Below are positions 48,625 to 61,356 of a stretch of 64,000 nucleotides of DNA, piece by piece; within the stretch, counting starts at the first letter, position 1; every line of letters begins with the position of its first letter. Both the position numbers and the translations under genes were made by a program. Source of the DNA: Iphione sp. A-MEVVRFRX5 (taxonomy: Eukaryota); NCBI GenBank assembly GCA_976226885.1, contig OZ320323.1, positions 44,392,001-44,456,000 on the forward strand. The letters are read 5' to 3'. The notes below the pieces were generated by a model. That model was not told where the DNA came from and searched no databases. It saw only the letters and a list, made by a program, of their open reading frames with translations.

Positions 48625-51600
48625 TCAGTCTTTTGGCAACTGTCTGATCAGCAGGAAGGAACCCACGATGCCGCAGATCTGTCGAGATACAAATAATAAT
48701 AACAATAGTGAGATTGTACATTTGAAACCACGATTCACAGCTGTGTAGTAGTGCATTAATAAACAACTCGTTAAACTCATAATTGCAACTTGTGTTTTCC
48801 TAGTAAATCTTTCGGAATCGTGTGAGATCCACGAGGACTTGACTTACCAAGAATATAAGAATGGTAATTCCGAAGCCGAGGATCAGGGAGGAATTCTCTA
48901 CCACATAGCGTTTACCAGCGTCATAACATCCCTGGAAAACACAGAGAGTAGTAAAGTAACGTGTTTTACAAGACGCAAACGACTAGCAGTAGAAAATATG
49001 CATCCATCAACCAGTGTTTATACTCAGGGTGAGACTCAGGGCGAGATCCAATCAAGTACAGTGTCGACAGTAAATATACCAGCTATACAGCACGTGTGCA
49101 TGTTTAGACGAAACGTTAGATGGAGATCAGACCAGAATCGGATCAGAAAGTTCCTGCTCATTACCGACATGACTACACTGTACCCTCGTGCACACACACA
49201 CACATTCCCACACGCACACACTGACACACACACACACACTTACATCGTAGTAGAGCGCCCTGTTGATGGCGCCGTCCGGCTGCGCGGGGGGTCCCAGGCG
49301 CCACTTGGTGCACACGTGGCGGTTCACGTAGCGGTAGAAGTTGTCGTGGACGCAGCAGGAGCGGGGCACGAAGGGTTTCTGGTCCTCTGGGGGGGGGGGG
49401 GGGTAGACGTAATGATAGAAACACGTCAAACAGGACGAGGACGAAGCTACAGAGCCTATTCTCCTGATGTTAATGAAATTACTGTCTTAGAGACGGAATA
49501 TGGAATAGGTGACTTGCACACATGGCCGATGTTACAGAATGATCTACATTATATATTTTTTGCGCCGTTATTACTGATATTAATATTCGTCCATGATGCT
49601 TCTCCCAGGGTTGTCATCTCCGTGTCACAAATAAAGGTAAAATTTATAAAATCACATTGTTGGTAAATTCATCTAGAGGTAGAACTACTTACAGTAGTAA
49701 GACAAGAAACTCGAGTTATCAACTGTTAGGCCTGTTACAAGCTCTTTGTTAGTAGTCTGATTAGACATCTACATCTACTCATGCACTTTCTACCAGTAAA
49801 CAATGAAAAGAAACAGCATCAACAGAACCCCATCAAAACAAAGGATGCCATAAGAAATCAAATTTACCAAATTCACTGAAACAAATTACCAAAATGAATT
49901 AGTGAGTTCAAACTTACAGTCTAGCATTAGTGCAACTATTGTTTCGGGGCACTACTATCTTATGAGGCTGTATTTTCTGTGAACTGGGCACCCATTGTGT
50001 GCTCGTACATGCTACTTTGTCCCCCAAAATAATAGTTCTCAAATGGGTTACATAACCGCCAGTAGTAAGAACAGCACAGCAATCACCACAAACCATGTGC
50101 TCGTGTTAGAGAAGCTATAGAACACAGAGGAACATGCATCCTGGTCATACCCGAGCCTTGGATTGTTCCATCTATGCCGTCCACTGCACCAAACTGTTTG
50201 AACCACTTGGTCTCTCGATAAAGAGCCCAACCTGTAGCGTCGACTGCACAGCAGAAGAGCTGAAAACGTGGTCAAAGTGGAAATTAGTGATTAGAATTTT
50301 CCTCCTGCCAGAGCTTTGGATTGTTCCATCTATGCCATCCACTGCATCAAACTGTTTGAACCACTTGGTCTCCCGATAAAGAGCCCAACCTCTAGGGTCG
50401 ACTGCACAGCAGAATAGCTGAAAACGTTTTCAAAGTGGAAATTAGCAATTAGCACTTTTCACCTGCCAGAGCCTTGGATTGTTTCATCTATACCTTCCAC
50501 CGTTCCAAACTGAACCACTTTGACTCCCGACAGACCTCCCAAGCATTAGGTTGGATTGCACAGCTCAGCACAGCTGAAAATGAGAAAGGGGGATGCTAGC
50601 AATTCAACTGGTGGCCTTAAATCCCCATGTTTCAGCCTAGAGAACCTGAGAAAATAAAATGAAATAAAAGTTAGCTGCATGGCTAGTTGACTTGAAAGGT
50701 CTTGACCCTCATCACAACTGAGCATGCACTGTCGTATTCTTGTCTCTTAAGTAACAGCTGAAATAAAGGCTATTTTCAAGGAACAAAATTACATTACGTG
50801 TATATAAATACCCCTCTCTATTACGACCACTCCTTATCAGGACCATTTGAGGTCAGAGCCAACAGTAACCATGTTATGGGATGTGAGAGAGGACCATGCT
50901 ATCAGGTAAAGTATCAAGAGTTCGCAGAGCAAGTGCTGTTCTCCAAGCAATGCCCGCTGTTTTCTGAAACTCGATCAAAGTCTGCGAGGAAACTAGACAC
51001 ATCGATGATAAATGTTTTCTTGGAGTGGGAACGAGGGTAGTAGCAATTTCTACGGGTGACCCTAACCTACATAAAGGACAGGGTGCCTCGTATGGAGGTG
51101 AAAGGAAGTAGTGAACTAGTATTCAGGTGTTATAAATTATCTTTGTGGAAAATATTACCATACATATGGCTTTCTTTATATTTAGTGTGCATGTCAATAC
51201 TATGACCACAGTATGTAGCATGCCTTTGAAATAATACATGAATGTGTGCTTTTTGCTAAATCAAAGATTTCTAAAGACCAGTTTGGTTTATAAGTTGATA
51301 CAAAATTTATTCACTGAAGTCAGCTTTGACAACCCTTGTTTTCACCTCCAACTTACCAAAAGTACAGCAGATCCTGTATTAAAGACCACCTTTCTTCAGG
51401 AAATCCCTCTTTTAAAGACTGCATTTCTTTCATAACAAAATGTTATGAGACCCAATCTCAAAAGAGCCTCCTATAAAGACCATTTCTGATAAGGAATGTG
51501 GTAGTCTTTGTAGAGAGGTTCTACCGTACCAAGATTTCCCACTCAAAAAGAATCTTGTTTCTTAAGGAGTTTGATTTTCACATCACACAAGTATCTTATC

Positions 51601-54600
51601 ATAGTACTACAAACACTAGGTATGTACACCAACCTTATCTAGTGGGACACCTTATCACTAGGTCACAGGCCTCAACACTGAACTACAGAGACGTGTACAC
51701 AGATGTCCTCAACTTACTAGGAAGTAGAACTTATCTTGTCCATCAGGAGGGCTTCAGTGTGAAATGAAAAGAAATAGTGAAGAAGAAGCACTTGTCTTCT
51801 TCCAGTAAGTCTCCTAGCTCAGTGGTGTGGAGGCCATCACAACAAGGACTTGATCAAACCGGGTGGACATGTCCACCACTGGATGAGTTCCTCTACTTGT
51901 TGACCTTAGAACTAACACTTACTGCGCATACATCAGGAAAGGTAGAAGTTACAAGAGACATGGGTAGGCAATCACCAAGCTCTACCTTGTGGTAATTCTT
52001 GATGGTGAGAACACCAGCAGGACTGATGGGGGGGGGGTGGTTTTGGCAGGGCGTGGGTCTTGCTGGAGACCTACCAGGATTCCACGGTTGGCGGTTAAAC
52101 CACCTGGCCTCTCGGTACGCGAGCCAACCCCGGTTCTCCACCGCGCAGCACTTCAACTACAACCCTCAACAAGAGTTAGAGCTCGGCCATCTCCGGCACA
52201 GACACACAACTCTACACACAAGACGTGAAACTCCTTACGAGTGACTGTAGTATACCATGAGAACAGTTCCGAAACTATATGTGCACTTCAGACAAGTCAG
52301 TACATGTGCTTTGATGATCTGTTTATCTGGGCAAAGTCGGATAGCATCGATTATATTTATGATGGAGTACACCTCCCAGATCAGGTAGCAGGAGACATAT
52401 TATACAAGATGGCGCCTTACATTAAAAACAATTACAGATACATTACTTTATCAAGCCGTGTTTTAAGAAGATAATCCACTCATTTGTAAAGAGTGTATCT
52501 GAGAGAACCTCCGATCCTGCATTAATTGTACACTATTATGATCAAACTCTGCTATCTGCTAAACTCACCTCCTCTTGTGCCTTGTCCCAGGCATATGTAA
52601 CAGCTCGGTTGAAATGCTCGAACTGGTCAACACCGTAGTTCTCTTTAAGCGTCTTCTTCATAGTGTCACGTACGGCATCCCCAAGCTGTGCAGTAAAGGA
52701 ACATGAGGTGAACTTTCTCAATAGACTAGTGGTGGAGTGAAGCAGGACAGGATGGGCTTTCTATAGTGGCCATCAGTGGAGTAGAGAACAGGATGGTCGT
52801 TCTCTATAGGTCAGTGGGTGGAGTAAAGGATGACAAGATGGACTTTCCCAATAGGTTTGTACATTAACCAGCGTGACAGCATGGTAATTGATTTTCATCC
52901 GGTCCCAATTCGTATTACTGCTTCCTTACTGTCCCCCAAAAGCACCGGCACTCATTTATCAATGAGGGACGGGCAGATATGAAATGATGGTAAATACACG
53001 GCTAACCTCCTACACAATGTAAGAATAAAACAGCAATTAACAAGAGCTGGGAAAAAGAATAGTAACATAAATTATCTTTCTCTCTCACCGAAAACTAATA
53101 AAAGACACATGCACTGAAACTTCACTAGTCTGGTCGGAATGGTTGCACCTGCTTGAGCTGGAATTCTGACGTGGCTGGATTTGTAGGGGGTAACTAAGGT
53201 AGATACATAACTAAACTAATACTCTCGGGAGAGCTGATCTGACATCTTGAAAGTTTACTGTATAAGCCAAATATGAAAACCATGCAAGGTAATATGGAAG
53301 ATACAGGGATTTTCTCGCCAAAAAAACCCCTTTATAATGAAGGTGGCACCCTATTGAGATTTACTAAAGAGATTTTGATAATCTTTCTAAAATATGAATT
53401 AACTAAAAAAAAAACTGATTATAGTGCAAGCATATAGTAAGGTGCACGTAATATTTATGAAATATATAGCCCAAAACCAATGGATTCATGCTAGAATGGT
53501 GTACCTCTGGCAACGAAGTTTCCCTCCATGAAGTATTATTGAACACATCTACTTCCTAAACAGAGGCATACCTGTACTCTCGTAGATGGACAAGTGTGCA
53601 TATTCTGTACATGTTTCATCGGGATTTATCCAGTCTGACTCGGGTGATATTTTCATAACAGTTCTGGCTGGCAGAGCCAAGACCCCTACACCACATGGCT
53701 TTAGCCACAAGTTGTACCAACAAGGGTATACGTAACAGCAGTACATTTTGTTGACAGAAATATTCATGTCACTGAACAGGATAAAAGCATTGACACATTC
53801 TGACTTGGAGAGTACATGTACATTTGGAAATTAGCCGCTACTATGAATGTAATGAATGCATAAGTACTATGTATTTATCAATACATGTATATATACATAT
53901 ATATACATTGAATCCTGAAGCTAGAAACTTGCCTGGACCGTTTAGTCTTGGATTGTATTGTGCAACAAGAAAAGTATGCATATACATAATAAAATATATA
54001 GGATATGTCCCTTTCCAATATAACTGATTTAAAAAAAGAGAGGCAGACACCTTGAAAACGGTCAAGAGTGCGGTTCACATAGAAAGGGGTAAAGATACAT
54101 GGGCATGCAAGATCCCTCCTAGAAGAACTTATCCGAAGGTGTGCGGTTCAGGTTCATTACTTACCACGCCGTAAAACTATTAAAGATCACTCATAACATT
54201 ATCACATGAGAAGTTGACGGAGAAACGAGTTATATATCTGACAAATTCATCCTATGAAGTCGTCTAAAGTTGTGAAATCCACCAAAGAAGTAGATAGATA
54301 ATTGCTTCATCGCATCTAGAATTACTGGTAGAAATTGCGTTTCAGTTGAGAGTATTGGTGTGTATAGTAGACTTACTTGTGACCGGAACACGATGGCCAA
54401 GATAGCGGAGACCAAAAGGATAACGAAGATGAACACTAAACAGGCGAAATACTGGAAAAGAAAACGCCACGAGACTGTAAACTTGGTAGACCCCCCATCA
54501 AGGGTTGTGAGTATCCGTAAAAACTGTCGTAAAGAAAATTTTAAAGAGGAAGCTGGTCTTAACAGAGCCCTACATAATTATGAGAGTGATTGTATCAAAT

Positions 54601-57600
54601 AGGTGTGTTAAGAATCAGCGAATGGTTTAGATTGGACAACTAGCCGCAGATCGTGTACGTGTCATTATAAGGTCTTCTTTGCTGGGCCATGATCCGTGCT
54701 GTGTCTACTCTCAACACATTAATATAACAGCCAAAACATTGAGACCATGCAGCTTCGATCCATGCGAAACTAATTGACACTAAAATAGATCACAACACAA
54801 TATCACATACATGCTTGAGAAACAAAACGGAGGGAAAAAGAAACGTTGGTGTGTTCATATGTCCGAATTTCATACAAACACGCATGTCTAAACACATGTA
54901 GTTCAGGTAATGTTCATTGTACAATGTGAGAGTAACATTGGATAGAATAGCTTTACTGGTGACATTCAACAGAAAACTTGTATTAACTACTGTGAAAACA
55001 AGCATGTTGCTAAAGCAATGCCTGTGAAGTGAAACCCAGCCATACATCTCACTGAACTGATGTTCTAAAGGGACTGCAGTGACAATCCCAGTACAGACTC
55101 GAACAAAGCAGAAAAAATATGCATTATGGAGTTACAATAAGTACCTCCTTCCCCTGGCAGTTCTGTTTTTTACATTTGATATCCCTCCCTCTGTGTGAAA
55201 GAGAAGGGCATAGATCACTGAGGACAGGCAGCACTAGTTATGACCTTGGTTGGTGGTCTCACAGCACAAGTCATGCCCTTGGATGGTAGTGTCTCACAGT
55301 GCTAGTTATGACCTTGGATGATGGTGTCTCACAGTACTAGTTATGACCTTGGCTGGTGGAGCCTCAGAGCACTAGTTATGACCTTGGTGGTGTCTCACAG
55401 CATTATAGTGATATCCATGGATGGCAGTGTCCCACAGCACTAGTTACGACCTTGGATGGTAGTGTCTCACAACACAAGTTATGACCTTGGTTGGTGGTGA
55501 CTCACAATACTAGTTATGATCTTTTTTGGTGTTGCCTCACAGCATTAGTTATGACCATGGATGGTGGTGTCTAAGAGCACTAGTTATGCCCTTGGTTGTG
55601 CTTCACAACACTATAGTTATGACCTTGGTTGGTGGTGCGTCACCGCACTAGTTATGATCTTGGTTGGTAGTTCCTTGCAGCACTAGTTATGACCTTGGTT
55701 GGTGGTGCCTCACAGCACTCATTATGACCATGGATGGTGGTGTTTCACAGCACTAGTTATGACCTTGGATGCTGGTGCCTCGCAGCACTAGTTATGGTCT
55801 TGGCTAGTGGTGCCTCACATCGCTAGTTATGTTCTGTCCCATTAACGAAATATCTCTACTTCTGAAACTAAATCAGTCATAAGTTTACCATACAAATGGA
55901 GATAATAAGAAATACACAGCCACATTTAGTATATTAAGTTGCCTTATCAGTAAAATATGACTAATGTAGCTGAAGCAGCTGCTCTCAGGGCAGGATTCCT
56001 ACTGTGTGGACATGGAACATGCCTTGCGTTGCATCCACCTTCTTCATACTGCATTTCCAATGTAATAATGAACGATGGAAAGCATCGCACTCAGATGATT
56101 ATAACATTGTTAAGAATATCATTGAGATGGCAAACTGTACACGAACTTTAAGCAATGATGAACGGCACAAGCCAGACCTTATTTACGATGTTGTAACAGA
56201 CTGTACACTACACAAGACACTGCACACAAAGCCATACAAGACTTCACTGTATTTAGCGCATATAAGCATAAAGTACATGTACCATATATGGGCCAAAAAT
56301 TGCTGAACTTGCTTTTCTCGCTCCCCACTTTATGGCCCAGTATGGCACACAGTGCATACAGTGTGGAAAGCCACCTTAGGGATGTATGTCCAATAGGGAT
56401 ATGTTTCAGACAGGTTGGGCACTGTTGTGAGGAATAGTGCCTATCTTCCATACATTATAAAAGTCTCCACAAGGGACATATCTCAACTAGGGACAGTTGT
56501 AGGCAGGACCAAGATTGTCCTTAACAGAGACTTTCCACTGTATTGCACAATAGGGACGAATGGGTCATGGTCTTTGGTCATAGTGAGAGCTAACCTAAAC
56601 AAGCTGCCATGTACAATTGGACGATAACAGCTAGATACTAAGGCTTAAGTAAAATATATCAGTTTCCAGTAACCTTACCGACCCCTGATTCTAGCTACAG
56701 ACACATGAAATGTACCATTTTGTCCCTAAAGTCATAAGCTTTCGTTTCATACAAGTTTCATTAAAATCTAAGCAGTAGAAGTGATATATATGCCATATAC
56801 ATCTGTGGCTTTCCGTATCTGTTAACATAGCAAAAAACAAAAAAGATAAAAAATACCAAAAAAAAAACAAAAAAGATAAAACAGAATACCACCTATCTAC
56901 CAACCCTGTTACTGGAAATACGGATATATTTTTACGGCTTTAATTCAGATCGATAAGCCAACATTAATATCACATATTTTACGGCAGACACTACCTAATT
57001 CAGCACAATTAACTCTGTTAATGGACATTTGACTTATACTAAATGGTCAGACAGCATTTGCATTATATGATGAGACATAATAGCTGTGTCATTCAATGGA
57101 ATAAAGTATACTAACAAGCATTTGGGAGGTACGCAAAGACTGTAAGAGAAAACCATATGAACATGTTTGAAAACAGCGTTTAGGAAGAAAGTATACAACG
57201 AATCCTAGCATCACTGCAAGGGGTAAAGGTAAGACAGAAAACTAAATAAAAGAAGTTTCTTGCTCTAAAGACTCACAACTGTTGTGAAGTTTTAACTCCA
57301 CCCCGAGCCTTCCTTGGGAGAATGAACATATACATGTACAAGATAATTGTTATATGCTCCTAAACTATACCAGAATTGATTAAAGCTACTCGGTTAAATC
57401 TATGGTAGCTGTCATATGCTGCTAGACGGTCACCGTCTTCACACACAGAGATACTCAATACTCACGATGGAGAGTAGGGTGCGATTGTCGTTAACGGCGC
57501 CACAGAAGCCGAAGAAGGAGATGATCATGATGAGACCCCCTGCAGCGATGAAGAGGTAGGCAGCCACCTCGATGATCGGCGAATTAGAGATGGTGGCGAT

Positions 57601-60600
57601 GAAGTTGCGGTCCACGGCCAGCCATATGCCCACACCCACGATAATACAACCGGCAAACTGACAAGGAAACGTATACCGTACATCGTAAGTGACATCAACA
57701 TCACAACACAGAAGGTTTTAAACTAGGAAGCTTATAATACAGCGTTAAGTTTTTAAAAAAAAGACTTTAAAATGCTTCGTCCGTGTGGCCTACAACACAC
57801 TCATGTCTGTCAAACTTTCCACGAACGGTAGGTGGAGCCTGATACATGACAACACCATAATGGCTATACATACACCTTTATTCATACATGAATAGACACA
57901 GAACTATTAAATATCTTCTACCTCCTTTCACCCATGCTACCCATTCCTTCCTTCCATGCACTAATCCTGTCACCCAAGCCTCCCCCCCTCCCCCCATCCT
58001 AGGCTCCCATATCCCCAACCCCTCTATCTTAAGTTAACCTCCCCTACCTTCATCCATCCACCCCCAACTCCCAAACCATCCTCAAATTATCAAGCTGTAG
58101 AACAAATCTACGTAAGCCCCCACCCACAAAAAAATAGGTGTGTTTCTGGTAACCCACCCCTACCTAGTAAAACCTCACCCTACCTAAGATTCCCTAGATA
58201 TGTGTTTTCATGGCATATGTTTTTGGAAAATTCAGTAGAAAAACAATAAAATCCATGGAAATTCACCCAAAAAACTGTAAAACTCATACAGATTAGTCAA
58301 AATTCTTGATATTGTCTTTATTATTATTGAAAACCAGAGGAAGAAAGTGGACAAAAATTAAAAAAAAAAGATTACCCCCCCCCCTCCTACCTAGGTTTTG
58401 GGCTGGTCGTGACCAGAAACACACCTATTTTTTTTGGGCCTAAGTATTCTCACCCAGGCCCTCAATCCATTCATTCCAACATCTCCTCTCTTCACCAATA
58501 TACCCCAGACCAGACTCACCCACTCAAATATCCTAGTAGCTATGTAGCTAACCATCCAAACTAATATCTGCCATATCCATCTACCTGTCCTCTCCTACCC
58601 CCAAACTCTCCTGATCTTACCTCCTGCTATCCCATCCTCCCTTACCTCCACCCTCTGACATATCCACCCTAACCTCATCCCTTCACCCCATCTTCCCATA
58701 TCTCCACACACTGCCATTTTCATCTCACGTAGACAGACCCCTATTTATGTACACTGACATATCCATCCAAATCTTACATCCCACCATCACATCCTCCTTT
58801 ACCTCCACACAGAGATATCCATTCTAACTTTACTTCCATCTGTCTAACTTCCCTTACCTCCACACTCTGGCATATCAATCATAATCTGGTCTCCCTCTAT
58901 CCCATCCTCTCCTACCTTCACACACTGAGACTATCATTCTAACTTTACCTCCATCTGTCTAACCTCCCTTACCTCCAGACTCTGACATATCTGTTCAAAT
59001 CTTACCTCCCGCTATTCCGTCCTCTCATACCTCCACAAACTAAGATATTCATAAGAAAATCATAACTCTGTTCTACTTTATCCTACATGAACACCTGCCG
59101 TAGTATGTGTACACTTACGAATATGATCAGGTTGAAGATAAACATGCAGTATTTAAGGCACTGAATCCGAGACTCCTGTCTGCCGCCCGGCTTCTTGAAC
59201 TGCTGCATGGCTGACGAGCGCTGCATAGGTTCCTATGGAAACAGAAAGAGTAGCTCAGCTGAGTCAATGTACTACAGCATTGGTGATGCGAACAGAGTGC
59301 ATTGAAAGTAGTAGCACGGATTAAGAAACACTGAAGAGCGATTATACCGACATATTATACGTGTTGTGGAATAGATAGGTTCCGGCCAACAGGAAATGCG
59401 GTTGTATTTAAAGTCGAGTGGGCTTGTTTGTACAGTCACCGCTCTCCTTACAAAGTAGAGGTATGCATAAATGTACATGTATATTTTGCATTACATGTAC
59501 CGTGTATATGTATATATAGATAGATACATTACATGTACATGTATATGTAAATCTATAGGGTAGAAACCCCCAATTGATAGAAATTAAGCTGGGGACCACC
59601 TGAGACCCTGGAAAACTTGGGTCCTTTCCTCGAGCTGCTCTCCTGAAGTTACAGGGACGCTTCTTGCGGGGAGTCACCTGGTGTACAGCAGTAGAACTAA
59701 AGTGCATGTTCGTTGCTTTAAGATCTCTCTAGTCATTGTCAGTTGGTGTGTTTCTTCTTTACAAGAAAGAGGCATAAAGAATACATTGACACGTACCTAC
59801 CCTCATATTACCCCTACTTCATTAAAAGGAGTTTATTTATCGGGACCAGGTCGACACGGCCCCAGGTTCTAATAACAGGGTCACTAACGGACATGTTCTA
59901 TGCATTAATCCTAGTAGTCGAGATCGCCCATAATTTTTGTTTACAGAATGGCATTTGTAGGACATAACAGCAGAGAAGATGTGCAAGCAATGCTTGGATA
60001 CGGTCGACTGTAGTATAATTTCAAATGCCAGAACACATGAAATATACACTTGGAGGGGGAATGTTTTATTAGTTCGGAACAGTTATTTTAGGGAAGTTTA
60101 ATGATACCTAGCAAACTATCTTACTCTCATTCACCTTGTAAAAGATCTGACATGAATAAGTCACAAACCAGTATGAAATTTCTTTGACAGGATCTGTCTA
60201 ATATTTCTTAAGCTGTGCGTCCTCAGAAATGCACTGCTGGTATTAGTCAACAGTGAGACATCGACCATGGGACATATCGACCCAATGTGCCAGGATACAG
60301 GCATAAAAGTCAATTCTCCTTGAGTATCGCACTTTCCACATTATCTATAAACACAACCTATCTTTGCAGGCTACAGATGGAACTGAGACACCTATTCCCA
60401 GAGCTTACTGTATTTGGGAATTCCCATCACTCCATATACATGCAACACCTGTATTGAACATGTAAACTAGGTCAGAGTTTCTCCCCCACAGATCGAGCCC
60501 AAACTGGCGACTTTTCTGGAGATCCTCCAGCAGGGCAAAAGGGGTGGACCTACCGACACTGGAAAAGGCTCCGTCTCATAATAATCAAAGCTCGAGGACT

Positions 60601-60757
60601 GGTGTGCGCGACCCTTACTGCCTCTCATGTTGAGGCAATCACGAGGGCGAAATGTAAGAAACGGCAGGTGTAGTCTTAGTCCTGTATACCGAAAATCTTT
60701 ATCACAGTGTCGAGATCTAGGTCTGCACTGATAAAACTTATTTACCTGTCTCATCAT
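48625..60757 (-). CDS. Tetraspanin (6-Cys EC2; layout resembles the TSPAN1/TSPAN18/uroplakin-1 group), 290 or 299 aa depending on the alternative exon
   Basis: Exons (minus) 60757-60746, 59232-59119, 57657-57466, 54451-54377, 52685-52569, [52156-52075 or 50259-50151], 49386-49244, 48931-48848, 48678-48625, all phase-consistent. Motifs: CLKYCMFIFNLIIF, GVGIW, ISFFGFCGA, WDKAQEELKCCA, PRSCC, GCYD, TM4. The 12-nt first exon is the least certain. Confidence 0.92.
50151..50259 (-). CDS. Tetraspanin alternative EC2 exon, variant 2 (LFCCAVDATGWALYRETKWFKQFGAVDGIDGTIQGS)
   Basis: 109 nt, phase 0 to 1, TTTTCAG acceptor with a CTAAT branch motif, CGG|GTATGA donor, open frame. Confidence 0.75.
50309..50417 (-). 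other. Tandem duplicate of variant 2 with an intact frame but a GC donor (possible third alternative exon or young pseudo-exon)
   Basis: LFCCAVDPRGWALYRETKWFKQFDAVDGIDGTIQSS; donor CTG|GCAGGA; 158-bp period. Confidence 0.5.
50467..50573 (-). pseudogene. Degenerate third tandem copy of variant 2 (pseudo-exon)
   Basis: In-frame TGA at codon 3, plus indels. Confidence 0.7.
51365..51526. mobile_element. TA-flanked MITE related to 45537-45639
   Basis: TA|CAGCAGATCCTGTATTAAAGACCA ... TAGTCTTTGTAGAGAGGTTCTACCG|TA. Confidence 0.65.
52075..52156 (-). CDS. Tetraspanin alternative EC2 exon, variant 1 (LKCCAVENRGWLAYREARWFNRQPWNP)
   Basis: 82 nt, phase 0 to 1, TAG acceptor, CTG|GTAGGT donor. Confidence 0.85.
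55232..55830. repeat. About 36-bp minisatellite (CACAGCACTAGTTATGACCTTGGTTGGTGGTGCCT), roughly 16 copies
   Basis: Direct reading. Confidence 0.9.
56639..56942. mobile_element. MITE with TAAGGC...TTTCCAGTAAC-type inverted ends
   Basis: Left AAATATATCAGTTTCCAGTAAC, right GTTACTGGAAATACGGATATATTT. Confidence 0.65.
58113..58443 (+). mobile_element. MITE with ATAGGTGTGTTTCTGGT(A/C)AC inverted ends
   Basis: TIRs at both ends. A reverse-complement homolog lies at 62891-63240, with end fragments at about 7592-7655, 30818-30870 and 62764-62890. Confidence 0.8.
58560..59045. repeat. Degenerate C-rich tandem repeat (CCTTACCTCCACACTCTGACATATC-like)
   Basis: Direct reading. Confidence 0.65.
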
Positions 60758-61201
60758 GGTGACTCTTCTTCTCCGCGCTTAGATCGTGAGCGGTGAATAC
60801 CTCAGTTTGTTTAAAAAGACCGGTGCTGGACACACCTGCCAAAATTGGTCAGCTTTCACAGCTCTTGTTGTTGTCAGTCTCGGTCCGACATAGCGCACAC
60901 GGCCAGCACACCTTGGGTGACCTAGTTCTATTTAGTTCAAATGTAGGCAGGTGAGAGGGCTGCATATAAATGCCGAAATGACGATACGTTTACACGGAAC
61001 CCATTACCAATGCGCTATCGTGCTCTGATCGCCAGTTTTCTGTCTGTTTTTATATCTCAAGTGATAAAAGAACTCTACATACAGTGTTTGCCTGCATGAG
61101 TTATTGTGAAAGTTCCCTTTGCTAAATAAAGATGACTATATGTATGGACGTAGGCTAGAGATGGACTCTATAGTAATCTTGTCTGCATCTACACTGGATA
61201 T

Positions 61202-61356
61202 CATGCCCGTAGCCAAGGGGGTATCGGGGTATCCCCAAAGCCATTAAGTATCGGTACTGTCTATTGGCCTTTATAGGGATGGAAATAGTTCCACCCCTGT
61301 GGTATTAGGGGTATCGTCCGATATCCCCCCCAGAAAACTTCCTGGCCACGGGCCTG
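61202..61356 (+). mobile_element. MITE, CAGGCCCGTAGCCA family
   Basis: Homologous to 4250-4416; flanked by GATAT/GATAT. Confidence 0.8.

Noticed and set aside
49914-50096. A further tetraspanin exon copy (DCCAVLTTGG)
   Set aside because: No suitable acceptor in frame, and similarity beyond CCAV is weak.
12778-55830. CRISPR-like interpretation of the tandem arrays
   Set aside because: Eukaryotic context, no unique spacers and no cas genes.
59205-59245. Second hammerhead-like CTGACGA...GAAA
   Set aside because: Stem II does not follow the core, and the sequence is explained by the minus-strand tetraspanin exon and its acceptor.
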